From Daejeonella rubra (lineage in GTDB: Bacteria; Bacteroidota; Bacteroidia; Sphingobacteriales; Sphingobacteriaceae): a stretch of 32,000 bases of DNA. The translations under genes were made by a program, and so were the position numbers. The DNA is taken from the NCBI RefSeq assembly GCF_900103545.1, contig NZ_FNHH01000019.1, positions 7,994 to 39,993 on the forward strand, given 5' to 3'. Of this stretch, positions 8,824 through 17,213 are shown one piece after another. The notes under the pieces are model-generated. The model was not told the origin of the DNA, did not search any database, and saw nothing but the letters and a program-made list of their open reading frames with translations. The first letter of the stretch is position 1; each line of letters starts with the position of its first letter.

Positions 8824-9342
8824 ATGCATAAATTTCTGATAACAATTAAGTGTTTTATTGTTCTGACAAGCATTCTGATTATTCAGTCATGCGGAACTTA
8901 TTCATTTTCAGGCGCTTCAATTCCAGCAGAAATGAAGACAATCTCAGTTCAGTTCTTCGAAAATAACTCCGCTTTGGTGGTTCCATATTTAAGTCAGCAA
9001 TTTACTGAAGCATTGAAAGAGCGGATCCGGAATCAATCCAGACTTAGCATCGTCAGAGCTGATGGTGATGCTAACTTTGAGGGAAGGATCTCAGATTATA
9101 CCATCAGGCCTGTGGCTATTCAGGGCAATGATCGCGCAGGATTAAACAGGGTTACGGTTACCGTTAACGTAAAGTACACGAACAGCCTGAACCCGGAGCT
9201 GAATTTTGAACAGAGTTTTCAGGCATTTCAGGAATTCAGCCTTAACCAGGGCCCAATACAAACACAGGAACAAAAATTATTAACATTGATCAATCGTCAG
9301 CTAACCGAGGATATTTTTAACAAGGCTTTTGCCAATTGGTAA
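8824..9342 (+). CDS. lptE: LptE-like LPS-assembly lipoprotein
   Basis: The track ORF starts at TTG 8818; I prefer the ATG at 8824. Lipoprotein signal ...LIIQSCG. The body (YSFSGASIP..K.ISV.FF.N.......P.LSQ.FT.AL.....Q..L......GD..FEG.I.DY...P.A........NR.T..V.V.Y.N ... DIFNKAFANW) matches my recollection of Bacteroidota LptE-family proteins. Its position after the sigma-54 activator is the conserved one. Confidence 0.7.
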   Translation: MHKFLITIKCFIVLTSILIIQSCGTYSFSGASIPAEMKTISVQFFENNSALVVPYLSQQFTEALKERIRNQSRLSIVRADGDANFEGRISDYTIRPVAIQGNDRAGLNRVTVTVNVKYTNSLNPELNFEQSFQAFQEFSLNQGPIQTQEQKLLTLINRQLTEDIFNKAFANW

Positions 9343-9375
9343 AAAATATTTAGCTTTCAAAAAACTGAGCATATA

Positions 9376-10941
9376 GTGGAAGAGGTAAATCACCAGAATT
9401 TTGGCATCAAATTATTTTCAGAATATGTTGCAGATCCATCAGCAGCAAGCTTCGCCGAACCTGAAGAATTACAAACAGCACTTGAAAAATTTCCGTATTG
9501 CCAGCTGCTGCATCTTTTTTATTCTCGCTCTTTAGCTGCTAAGGGATCTGCAGAAAATGCTGATCATCTAGCAAGGACCGCACTCATTATACCTGACAGA
9601 ACTATTTTATATTCAGCAATAAGGAATCCTGAAAAATTAAATTATACAAATTCAACACCTAGAGCTTCAATCGAAAGCCCCGAAAGTGAAGCAGGTCCGG
9701 TCGCAGAAGAAATTATTGATAAAGAGATCAGTAGCGAAGAATCCCTGGCTAAACAAACTTTAAAAGCAGATACCATTGAAAAAGAAAACCCAAAGGATGA
9801 AAGCTTAGCTGAAGAAATCAATACTGAAGAAATTCAAAGTAAAGAAACCTTAGTGGAGGAAAGTGATGTTGAAGTAACCAGAAATGATGCCGGTCAATTA
9901 ATTGAGGAAGAAGAGATTAGTGAAGAGTCTCAAACAGAAGATACATTAGATAAATCAGAAGAACAGGCAGCACCAATAAGTCCGGAGCCGGAAATCAAGG
10001 CAGAATCTGATTGGTCGGCAAAAGAGGAACCTCAGGCTACTTCAAAGGAAACTGCTGTTAGCAAGTCTGCCACTAATGATTCAGACCTCATAGAGAATAT
10101 ATTTAATCAGCTGATTGGAGCCATTCCACCACCTGTAACCCCCGTAGCAGTTCATGCGGTTACGACGCCCTTTACTGATGAGGATTTTATTTCCGAACCT
10201 GTAAACATGGCCCCTGCTGATAGCATACCTCCTCAGGAGGAAAATCCGGCTCTGGGTAAGGAAGAAAGTATAGAAACAAAGGAAGAAGTCGAATTCAAGT
10301 CCGAAGAAACTATAGATGCAAAGGCAGAGGAAGAAGTCGAAATTAAGTCTGAAGAAGTTTTTATTCCTGTTAATGAGCTAGCTATCGCTTCTGAAGAAAA
10401 TAAAACTAAAGATCCGGAAACAGATCAGAAAGTTTCAAAATACGACGACGATAAAATGCCTTATTCATTTTTATGGTGGCTTAACAAGACAAGAAATGAG
10501 CATTCTGACACCTACCAGCCGTATGTAGAATTTAAGCTGGATACTACTCAGACTATAAAAAGAACTTCGGTTGATCAGTTAAGCAGTCAGATCATTGAAA
10601 ATATATTCCATTTGCAATCACCGCTTGAAGAGGTAGAAAATGCACCTAAAACTGTTCCTTTTCAGGTTCGGCGTAAAGAAGATTCGATTTTAGACAAGTT
10701 CATTAAAGAAGAGCCGCAGATCAAACCACCAAATTCACAAAAATTAGATACTGAGAACAAAGCGCGTAAAAGTGCAGAGGATCCAAACGACCTTGTTTCA
10801 GAAACACTGGCTCAGATCTATACCGATCAAATGTTGTTTCAAAAAGCGATCGATACCTTCAAAAAATTAAGTTTGAAATTTCCGGAAAAAAGCACGTACT
10901 TTGCCGACCAAATTATTGAATTAGAAAAGAAAGTAAATTAA
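9376..10941 (+). CDS. Hypothetical protein with a long acidic low-complexity core and a TPR-like C-terminus
   Basis: 521 aa with a GTG start (no earlier ATG). The central ~300 aa are Glu/Ser/Lys-rich with short internal repeats (EEVEFKSEE / EEVEIKSEE). The ordered N- and C-termini (LAQIYTDQMLFQKAIDTFKKLSLKFPEKSTYF) look TPR-like. It occupies the lptE-secG slot. Confidence 0.6.
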   Translation: MEEVNHQNFGIKLFSEYVADPSAASFAEPEELQTALEKFPYCQLLHLFYSRSLAAKGSAENADHLARTALIIPDRTILYSAIRNPEKLNYTNSTPRASIESPESEAGPVAEEIIDKEISSEESLAKQTLKADTIEKENPKDESLAEEINTEEIQSKETLVEESDVEVTRNDAGQLIEEEEISEESQTEDTLDKSEEQAAPISPEPEIKAESDWSAKEEPQATSKETAVSKSATNDSDLIENIFNQLIGAIPPPVTPVAVHAVTTPFTDEDFISEPVNMAPADSIPPQEENPALGKEESIETKEEVEFKSEETIDAKAEEEVEIKSEEVFIPVNELAIASEENKTKDPETDQKVSKYDDDKMPYSFLWWLNKTRNEHSDTYQPYVEFKLDTTQTIKRTSVDQLSSQIIENIFHLQSPLEEVENAPKTVPFQVRRKEDSILDKFIKEEPQIKPPNSQKLDTENKARKSAEDPNDLVSETLAQIYTDQMLFQKAIDTFKKLSLKFPEKSTYFADQIIELEKKVN

Positions 10942-10946
10942 TAAAT

Positions 10947-11282
10947 ATGTTATATACAATTATTATTCTGGCAATCATTATTTGTTTTCTGCTAGTAGTG
11001 ATCATTTTGATCCAAAACCCAAAAGGAGGTGGCCTTTCATCAGGTTTTGCCGGTTCTAACAATATAATGGGTGTTCAGAGAACAGGTGATTTCCTTGAAA
11101 AAGGCACATGGGTTCTTGCCGTAACATTAATGGTTTTAGCATTGATGGTAAATGTTGTTGTTCCCCGTGGAGGAGTAGTTGATCAGGAAAAAAATGATAT
11201 TCAAAATCAGATCAACAAACCTGCTGTACCGGTTGCTGCACCATCAAATCTTCCACTTCCTGCAGATACCACTAAGAAATAA
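10947..11282 (+). CDS. secG: Preprotein translocase subunit SecG
   Basis: 111 aa, two TM helices, signature LIQNPKGGGLSSGFAG....MGVQRTGDFLEK. Confidence 0.9.
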   Translation: MLYTIIILAIIICFLLVVIILIQNPKGGGLSSGFAGSNNIMGVQRTGDFLEKGTWVLAVTLMVLALMVNVVVPRGGVVDQEKNDIQNQINKPAVPVAAPSNLPLPADTTKK

Positions 11283-11300
11283 TTAACGAACTTATAGTAA

Positions 11301-11331
11301 AGGTCACCTAAAAAGGTGGCCTTTTTTTTTG
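11301..11331 (+). terminator. Rho-independent terminator after secG
   Basis: aggtcacc (11301-11308), loop taaaaa, ggtggcct (11315-11322), with one G-U pair, followed by a run of 9 T. Confidence 0.8.
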
Positions 11332-11501
11332 GAAACAGGCTGACATTCAACTGACAGCTTGACACCGAATAGTATTGAATAAAGCAGGTCCAGGTACCTA
11401 TTAATGAAAATTTGACAAGAATACTGACCAGAGGTCATTTGGCATAATTAGTGACTTCAATAAGGAAGAAAAATTTAATTAATTAAATACATAATAATAA
11501 T

Positions 11502-11795
11502 ATGGCATTAAATATCAAACCTAGCGCAGACCGGGTAGTTATAGAAGCTGCTCCGGCTGAAGAAAAAACAGCCTCAGGACTTTATATTCCTGATACTGCA
11601 AAAGAAAAACCTCAAAAAGGAACTGTTGTAGCCGTTGGCCCGGGCAAGTATGCAGAGCAAACCGGCAATTTGATCCCTATGGCTTATAAAGTAGGAGATG
11701 TGGTATTATACGGTAAGTATGCTGGTACCGAGATCACTCATGATGGTAAGGAATATCTTATCATGCGTGAATCTGATATTTTCGCAACATTATAA
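11502..11795 (+). CDS. groES: Co-chaperonin GroES
   Basis: 97 aa. [42 protein letters not shown] ... YLIMRESDI is canonical Cpn10. Confidence 0.97.
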   Translation: MALNIKPSADRVVIEAAPAEEKTASGLYIPDTAKEKPQKGTVVAVGPGKYAEQTGNLIPMAYKVGDVVLYGKYAGTEITHDGKEYLIMRESDIFATL

Positions 11796-11945
11796 GGAGG
11801 TCGGAGGTCGGAAGTAAGAGGTCGGAAATCAGACATCAGACATCGTACCTCATTCCTCATACCCCTAATCTAATTAAATTGAAACCCAGGAGCCTGATCC
11901 AAACATCTGTTTTGAATTAACTCCAGCATTTAAAATCTTTAAACA

Positions 11946-13583
11946 ATGTCAAAACAAGTTAAATACAACGTTGAAGCACGTGACGCTCTGAAAAGAGGCG
12001 TGGATATCCTTGCCAATGCAGTAAAAGTAACTCTTGGACCAAAAGGCCGTAACGTAATTATCGATAAGAAATTCGGTTCACCAGCAATCACAAAAGATGG
12101 TGTTACTGTTGCCAAAGAAATTGAATTAAAAGACGCCCTTGAAAACATGGGTGCTCAAATGGTTAAAGAAGTTGCATCAAAAACAGCTGATCAGGCTGGT
12201 GATGGTACTACTACTGCTACTGTTTTAGCTCAGGCGATTGTTACAGCAGGAATTAAGAACGTTGCTGCCGGTGCAAATCCAATGGATCTTAAGCGTGGTA
12301 TCGACAAAGCAGTTACTGCTGTTGTTGCTAACCTGAAGAAACAATCTCAGTCTGTTGGCGAAGACAACAAAAAGATCAAACAAGTTGCTTCTATTTCAGC
12401 TAACAATGATGAAATAATCGGAACTCTGATCGCTGATGCAATGGCGAAAGTTGGAAAAGATGGTGTAATTACTGTTGAAGAAGCAAAAGGTACTGAAACT
12501 GAAATGAAAACAGTTGAAGGTATGCAATTCGACCGTGGTTATTTATCTCCATACTTTGTTACCAATGCAGATAAAATGGAAGTTGAGTTGGAAAACCCAT
12601 ACATTCTTATCTACGATAAGAAGATCTCTTCTATGAAGGAATTACTTCCTGTACTTGAGAAACAAGTTCAAACAGGTAAACCATTACTTATCATTGCAGA
12701 AGATCTTGATGGAGAGGCTTTAGCAACTCTTGTTGTTAATAAGATTCGTGGTTCACTGAAAGTTGCTGCAGTTAAAGCTCCTGGATTTGGTGATCGTCGT
12801 AAAGCAATGCTTGAAGATATCGCTATCCTTACCGGTGGAACAGTTATCTCTGAAGAAAGAGGTTATAAATTAGAAAATGCAGATCTTACTTACTTAGGTC
12901 AGGCAGAAAAAGTGGTTGTTGATAAAGATAATACCATCGTAATTAACGGTGCAGGTAAATCTGATGATATCAAAGCCCGTGTTAACCAGATCAAAGCTCA
13001 GGTTGAAACTACAACTTCTGATTACGATAAAGAAAAATTACAAGAACGTTTAGCTAAACTTTCAGGTGGTGTTGCTGTACTTTACGTTGGTGCTGCTACT
13101 GAAGTTGAAATGAAAGAGAAAAAAGACCGCGTTGATGATGCTTTACATGCAACCCGTGCTGCGGTTGAAGAAGGTATCGTTGCAGGTGGTGGTGTTGCTT
13201 TCATCCGTGCTATCGAAGCTTTAACAGACCTTAAAGGAGTTAATGAAGATGAGAATACAGGTATCGCGATCATCAGACGTGCAATCGAAGAACCATTGCG
13301 TCAGATCTGCCAGAACGCAGGTATTGAAGGTTCTATCGTTGTTCAGAAAGTGAAAGAAGGTAAAGCTGATTTCGGATACAATGCCCGTACAGATGTTTAT
13401 GAGAACCTGATCGGTGCAGGTGTTATCGATCCAACTAAAGTTGGTCGTATAGCACTAGAAAATGCAGCATCTATCGCAGCGATGTTATTAACTACTGAAG
13501 TGGTTTTAGCTGATGATCCTGAAGAGGACAAAGGTGGCCATATGCCTCCAATGGGTGGCGGTGGTATGGGTGGAATGATGTAA
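11946..13583 (+). CDS. groEL: Chaperonin GroEL
   Basis: 545 aa. Canonical Cpn60 sequence ([22 protein letters not shown]) with a C-terminal GGM tail ([12 protein letters not shown]). Confidence 0.98.
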   Translation: MSKQVKYNVEARDALKRGVDILANAVKVTLGPKGRNVIIDKKFGSPAITKDGVTVAKEIELKDALENMGAQMVKEVASKTADQAGDGTTTATVLAQAIVTAGIKNVAAGANPMDLKRGIDKAVTAVVANLKKQSQSVGEDNKKIKQVASISANNDEIIGTLIADAMAKVGKDGVITVEEAKGTETEMKTVEGMQFDRGYLSPYFVTNADKMEVELENPYILIYDKKISSMKELLPVLEKQVQTGKPLLIIAEDLDGEALATLVVNKIRGSLKVAAVKAPGFGDRRKAMLEDIAILTGGTVISEERGYKLENADLTYLGQAEKVVVDKDNTIVINGAGKSDDIKARVNQIKAQVETTTSDYDKEKLQERLAKLSGGVAVLYVGAATEVEMKEKKDRVDDALHATRAAVEEGIVAGGGVAFIRAIEALTDLKGVNEDENTGIAIIRRAIEEPLRQICQNAGIEGSIVVQKVKEGKADFGYNARTDVYENLIGAGVIDPTKVGRIALENAASIAAMLLTTEVVLADDPEEDKGGHMPPMGGGGMGGMM

Positions 13584-13604
13584 TCTTCCCCCTCATTTAG
13601 ACTC

Positions 13605-13648
13605 AAAAAGAAAGCCCTTCCTGAAAATTCAGGAAGGGCTTTCTTTTT
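13605..13648 (+). terminator. Strong rho-independent terminator after groEL
   Basis: aaaaagaaagcccttcctgaa / ttcaggaagggctttcttttt. Near-perfect ~19-bp stem with a GC core (agcccttcc/ggaagggct), an A-tract before and a T-tract after. Confidence 0.9.
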
Positions 13649-13947
13649 GGGAGTTTTTTGTAAACTGAGATCATGAACCCGATATCAAACCTACCGGGCA
13701 ATCCATTTCAATTTGACTCCTGCAGAGTGTAAACAGTTTCAAGATTTCGGCCCGGATGTAATAATCTTGTTGCTTTTACTATACAACCATTCCGGTTTAA
13801 TACTCTCCTAATTAAATATATTATTTACTTTCCAGCCAAAACCCTTTCCTATCCTACTCAGTACAAACAGTGCACTTAGTTTAACCACTTGGAACAATTA
13901 TTGACATTCGTACAATTAATGCGTTGAAATTCTAAAACTACATTTTT

Positions 13948-15156
13948 ATGTTAATGATGGAGAAACGGAAAAAAACGAAAGGTTCTGCTTTCCAGATAGT
14001 TAAACCTTTCTCTCAAACCGATAATAAAAATCTGGCGACAGAATTGAAACTTGCCAACATAGAACTAGCTTTTCAAAATGAAGAGAAAGAGAAAAGGGCT
14101 GACGAACTGCGAGTCGCCAATATAGAGCTTGCATTTGAAAAAGAGGAAAAGAGAAAACGAGCTGCTGAACTGATAGTTGCCAAGAAAGAATTAGCATTTC
14201 AAAATTTCAAAAAGGAAAAACGAGCCGGTGAACTGATCATTGCCAATAAAGAACTCGCCTTCCAGGATAAGGAAAAAGAAAAAAGAGCTGCTGAACTAAT
14301 TATAGCAAACAAGGAGCTGGCCTATCAAAATCAACAAAAGGGAAAGAGAGCGGCAGAACTTATCATCGCGAATAAAGAACTTATTATACAGTACAAAGAA
14401 AGGGAGAAAAAGGCGGATAAGCTGATCATTGCAAACATTGAGCTTGCTTATCAGGATGAAGAGAAAGAAAAAAGGGCTGCTGAACTAATTATAGCCAACC
14501 AGGAACTTGTATTTCAAAACCGGGAAAAAGAAAATAGAGCTGAAGAACTTATCATCGCCAATATTGAACTCGTATTCCAGAATCAGGAAAAAGAGAATAG
14601 AGCCGCTGAACTAATTATCGCAAACGAAGAACTTGCATTTCAGAACCAGGAAAAAGAGAATAGAGCTGCTGAACTGATCATAGCCAATAATGAACTCGTA
14701 TTCCAGAACCAGGAAAAAGAAAAAAGAGCAGCTGAACTGATCATCGCAAATAAAGAACTAGCATTCCAGAACCAGGAAAAAGAGAATAGAGCTGCTGAAC
14801 TAATTATCGCCAATAATGAACTCGTATTCCAGAACCAGGAAAAAGAAAAAAGAGCCGCTGAACTGACTCTTGCAAATACTGAACTTAAAAAAGCAGAAGA
14901 ATCTCAAAAAGAATATATCCTGGGACTTGAGGAGATCATCTTTATTACATCCCACAAAGTCAGACAACCGATCACACAAATACAGGGAATTTCAAACCTG
15001 CTTGACGAAAAAATTGTTTCACGCGAAGAAATAAAAGAAATAACACTCTTTTTAAAGGAACCAATCAAATCTCTGGATACTTTTACCAGAGAGCTCACAA
15101 GCTATATATACCAACTTCAGTATAAAGTAAAAAATAAAAATGGAGCAAATGAATAG
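13948..15156 (+). CDS. Repeat protein: 13 tandem 21-aa coiled-coil units followed by a HisKA-like (DHp) phosphoacceptor domain, with no HATPase domain
   Basis: 402 aa. The unit AAELIIANKELAFQNQEKEKR occurs 13 times plus a degenerate 14th copy. It is followed by FITSHKVRQPITQIQGISNLLD (H-box-like; compare HisKA SHELRTPLxxIxG), one more helix, and the stop codon. There is no signal peptide or TM helix, and no N/G1/G2 ATP-binding boxes. Confidence 0.85.
   Translation: MLMMEKRKKTKGSAFQIVKPFSQTDNKNLATELKLANIELAFQNEEKEKRADELRVANIELAFEKEEKRKRAAELIVAKKELAFQNFKKEKRAGELIIANKELAFQDKEKEKRAAELIIANKELAYQNQQKGKRAAELIIANKELIIQYKEREKKADKLIIANIELAYQDEEKEKRAAELIIANQELVFQNREKENRAEELIIANIELVFQNQEKENRAAELIIANEELAFQNQEKENRAAELIIANNELVFQNQEKEKRAAELIIANKELAFQNQEKENRAAELIIANNELVFQNQEKEKRAAELTLANTELKKAEESQKEYILGLEEIIFITSHKVRQPITQIQGISNLLDEKIVSREEIKEITLFLKEPIKSLDTFTRELTSYIYQLQYKVKNKNGANE
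14035..14853. repeat. In-frame tandem repeat, 13 x 63 bp, inside CDS 13948-15156
   Basis: Direct reading: units start at 14035 + 63n. Units 11 (14665) and 13 (14791) differ at 3 of 63 nt, all synonymous third positions. Units 10 and 12 differ at 7 nt, 6 of them synonymous. The 5' units are more diverged. Confidence 0.95.
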
Positions 15157-15165
15157 CTTTTACAT

Positions 15166-15855
15166 TTAATACAGCTCCTTTTTTACCATTGGCAGTAATT
15201 GCTTAACCCATTCAGCATACATTTTACCAGAAGGGTGAAGACTGTCAGCAGATGTCAGGCTTTGGTCGTTTTCGGCAAGCCGTGAACCCGGAGTAATATC
15301 GATATAATGAACCCTGGCATTGAACGCCTCCTCCCGATTTATTTTATTAAAAGCATCTATTTCTATTGTAACTTCTACAGGATTCTTTAATTGTCCGAAG
15401 GGTGTAACACCCCAGTCCGGTATAGATATGACAAAAACTGTAGCCCTCCCCCCTGCTGAATGGCTGATAGCAGTATTAAGCAATTCAGCAAACTCCTTTC
15501 TGTAAGTTTCTTTTGAGAACTTCATATATTGATTATTGACCCCAATGAGCAGGGTCACAAAATCATACTTCTCTTTGAGCTTCGCCTGCTTTATCCCATC
15601 GATCAGATTGCTGGTTGTCCATCCTGTATAAGCCACAACATCGGGATCTGACGTTTTAATACCGGCAGCATTTAATTGATCAACAAGCTGAAAAGGAAAT
15701 GATTCCTTCTGGTAAACAGCATCTCCAACCGTATAGGAGTCGCCAAGTGCCAGGTATGTTTTATCTGAAAATTGAATGATACTTCTGGGAAGGTCCGGTT
15801 TTGAACAGGAAAATACTGAAACTAGAACTAAAAGAAGCAGCAAAGATCTCATCAT
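15166..15855 (-). CDS. SGNH/GDSL-family hydrolase (lipase/esterase-like), predicted lipoprotein
   Basis: 229 aa. Signal peptide plus lipobox LVSVFSCS. Block I LALGDSYTVGD (GDS), block III GVNNQ, block V DSLHPS (DxxH). Its ATG overlaps the lipB stop as ATGA (15852-15855). Confidence 0.85.
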   Translation of the reverse strand: MMRSLLLLLVLVSVFSCSKPDLPRSIIQFSDKTYLALGDSYTVGDAVYQKESFPFQLVDQLNAAGIKTSDPDVVAYTGWTTSNLIDGIKQAKLKEKYDFVTLLIGVNNQYMKFSKETYRKEFAELLNTAISHSAGGRATVFVISIPDWGVTPFGQLKNPVEVTIEIDAFNKINREEAFNARVHYIDITPGSRLAENDQSLTSADSLHPSGKMYAEWVKQLLPMVKKELY

Positions 15856-16550
15856 AAAATTTCCATCTCAAATAAATCACTGATATGCTGGCGGAGCTTT
15901 AGTTTAACCTCCTCCATCTCAACTTTATAACCAAGCTCTCTTTCCATCGAGGTAACATCCTTATCATCTATGCCGCATGGAATGATATTTTTAAAGTAGC
16001 TAAGGTCCGTATTCACATTGAATGCGAATCCATGCATGGTTACCCAGCGACTGCACCTGACTCCCAAAGCGCAGATCTTCCTGGCTTTCTCATTATCAGC
16101 GTCCAGCCATACTCCAGTAAACCCCTCATACCTGCCGCTACTTATTCCATAATCTGCAAGTGTAAGTATGATGGCCTCCTCGAGGGTACGTAAATACAGA
16201 TGTATATCCGTAAAGAAATTATCCAGATCGAGGATCGGATACCCTACCAGTTGACCCGGACCGTGATAGGTAATATCACCCCCACGATTAATTTTATAAT
16301 AAGAAGCACTTTTTTCCTTCAGGCCAGCCTCATCAAGCAGCAAATTTTCAGGCTTCCCACTTTTACCAAGCGTATAAACATGAGGATGTTCCACAAAAAC
16401 AAGGTAGTTGGGGACCGGAATTTCGGTGCCGTTATTCCTGTTTAGAGTTTTAATGTTCACTGTTTCTGAAAAAACACTTTCCTGCTTATCCCATGCCGCC
16501 TGATAATCAAGCAAGCCCCAATCCTGAAAAATTACTTTTTTATTCTTCAT
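15852..16550 (-). CDS. lipB: Lipoyl(octanoyl) transferase
   Basis: VEHPHVYTLGKSG, NRGGDITYHGPGQLVGYPILDL, KICALGVRCSRWVTMHGFAFNV are LipB signatures. The track ORF extends to a TTG at 16574. The ATG at 16550 (MKNKKVIFQDWGLLDY) aligns best with the E. coli LipB N-terminus (..KILVRQLGLQPY), so I call that start. Confidence 0.9.
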   Translation of the reverse strand: MKNKKVIFQDWGLLDYQAAWDKQESVFSETVNIKTLNRNNGTEIPVPNYLVFVEHPHVYTLGKSGKPENLLLDEAGLKEKSASYYKINRGGDITYHGPGQLVGYPILDLDNFFTDIHLYLRTLEEAIILTLADYGISSGRYEGFTGVWLDADNEKARKICALGVRCSRWVTMHGFAFNVNTDLSYFKNIIPCGIDDKDVTSMERELGYKVEMEEVKLKLRQHISDLFEMEIL

Positions 16551-17193
16551 TTGTATCATCTGAAACAAATCCAATCATATATTCATCAAATTTCTCATAA
16601 TGAACAGTGAACTCCTTATGCGTGGAACCAACGTCCAGTTTTGCCGGAAATGATCCTTTACCCTCGTAATGGAATGGCTTGAGTTCAATATTCTCAACAA
16701 AGCTCACATTCTTTTTCCCATGAAGCTTATAAACTGCCTCCTTTGCGCACCAGCAGACATATAAATGCTCGATGCGCTGCTTTTCTTCAATGAATTCAAG
16801 TTCCTCAGCGCTCATGAACTTACTGGCAATACGTTCGATCTTATCTTTTATAAGTTCAATGTCAATTCCCACAGCTTTGTTCTTACTGACCATTACTGCG
16901 GCATACTCATAAGAGTGGCTGAGAGAAATATAATGAGGGAAATTACTCAGGTAGGGCTTGCCGCTTGAATCAACCCTGCAATCAATATACTCATCGGTAT
17001 CCATCATTCTGCGAAGCAAGACACGGGTGCTTAGCCAATGCATATTTCTTTTGCCATTGACCAGGCTGTCAAGGTAAGTTCTTTCGTGCTCTTTTAACTG
17101 TAATTGAGCTAATAGCTCATCTGCAGATTCTTCGATCTTCCAGATAGCGAAAGAAGTATAGGGGTCAATTTCTTTGTGATAAGCAAGAGCCAT
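16540..17193 (-). CDS. 4'-phosphopantetheinyl transferase (Sfp-type superfamily)
   Basis: 217 aa. GKPYL, AVGIDIELI and WCAKEAVYKLHG match PPTase motifs P1b/P2/P3. Its 3' end overlaps the lipB start by at least 11 nt. Confidence 0.85.
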   Translation of the reverse strand: MALAYHKEIDPYTSFAIWKIEESADELLAQLQLKEHERTYLDSLVNGKRNMHWLSTRVLLRRMMDTDEYIDCRVDSSGKPYLSNFPHYISLSHSYEYAAVMVSKNKAVGIDIELIKDKIERIASKFMSAEELEFIEEKQRIEHLYVCWCAKEAVYKLHGKKNVSFVENIELKPFHYEGKGSFPAKLDVGSTHKEFTVHYEKFDEYMIGFVSDDTNEE

Positions 17194-17213
17194 TTTTAAA
17201 AATAAAATACCTG

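Noticed and set aside
11939-13606. Antisense ORFs inside groEL (11939-12148, 13082-13273, 13397-13606)
   Set aside because: These are typical shadow ORFs on the opposite strand of a highly expressed, codon-biased gene. Their translations are Ala/Ser/Pro-rich mirror sequences.
13672-13731. 19-codon ORF (MNPISNLPGNPFQFDSCRV) in the 364-bp non-coding region upstream of the repeat-protein gene; also considered an sRNA here
   Set aside because: There is no promoter box, no conserved-looking structure and no terminator after it, and I cannot evaluate it without comparative data. The long non-coding region itself is noted under the repeat-protein finding.
14035-14853. Possibility that the regular 63-bp repeats are a CRISPR array or a non-coding satellite
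   Set aside because: The units are directly adjacent with no unique spacers. They keep one long open frame, and differences between units are mostly synonymous. This is a coding tandem repeat.
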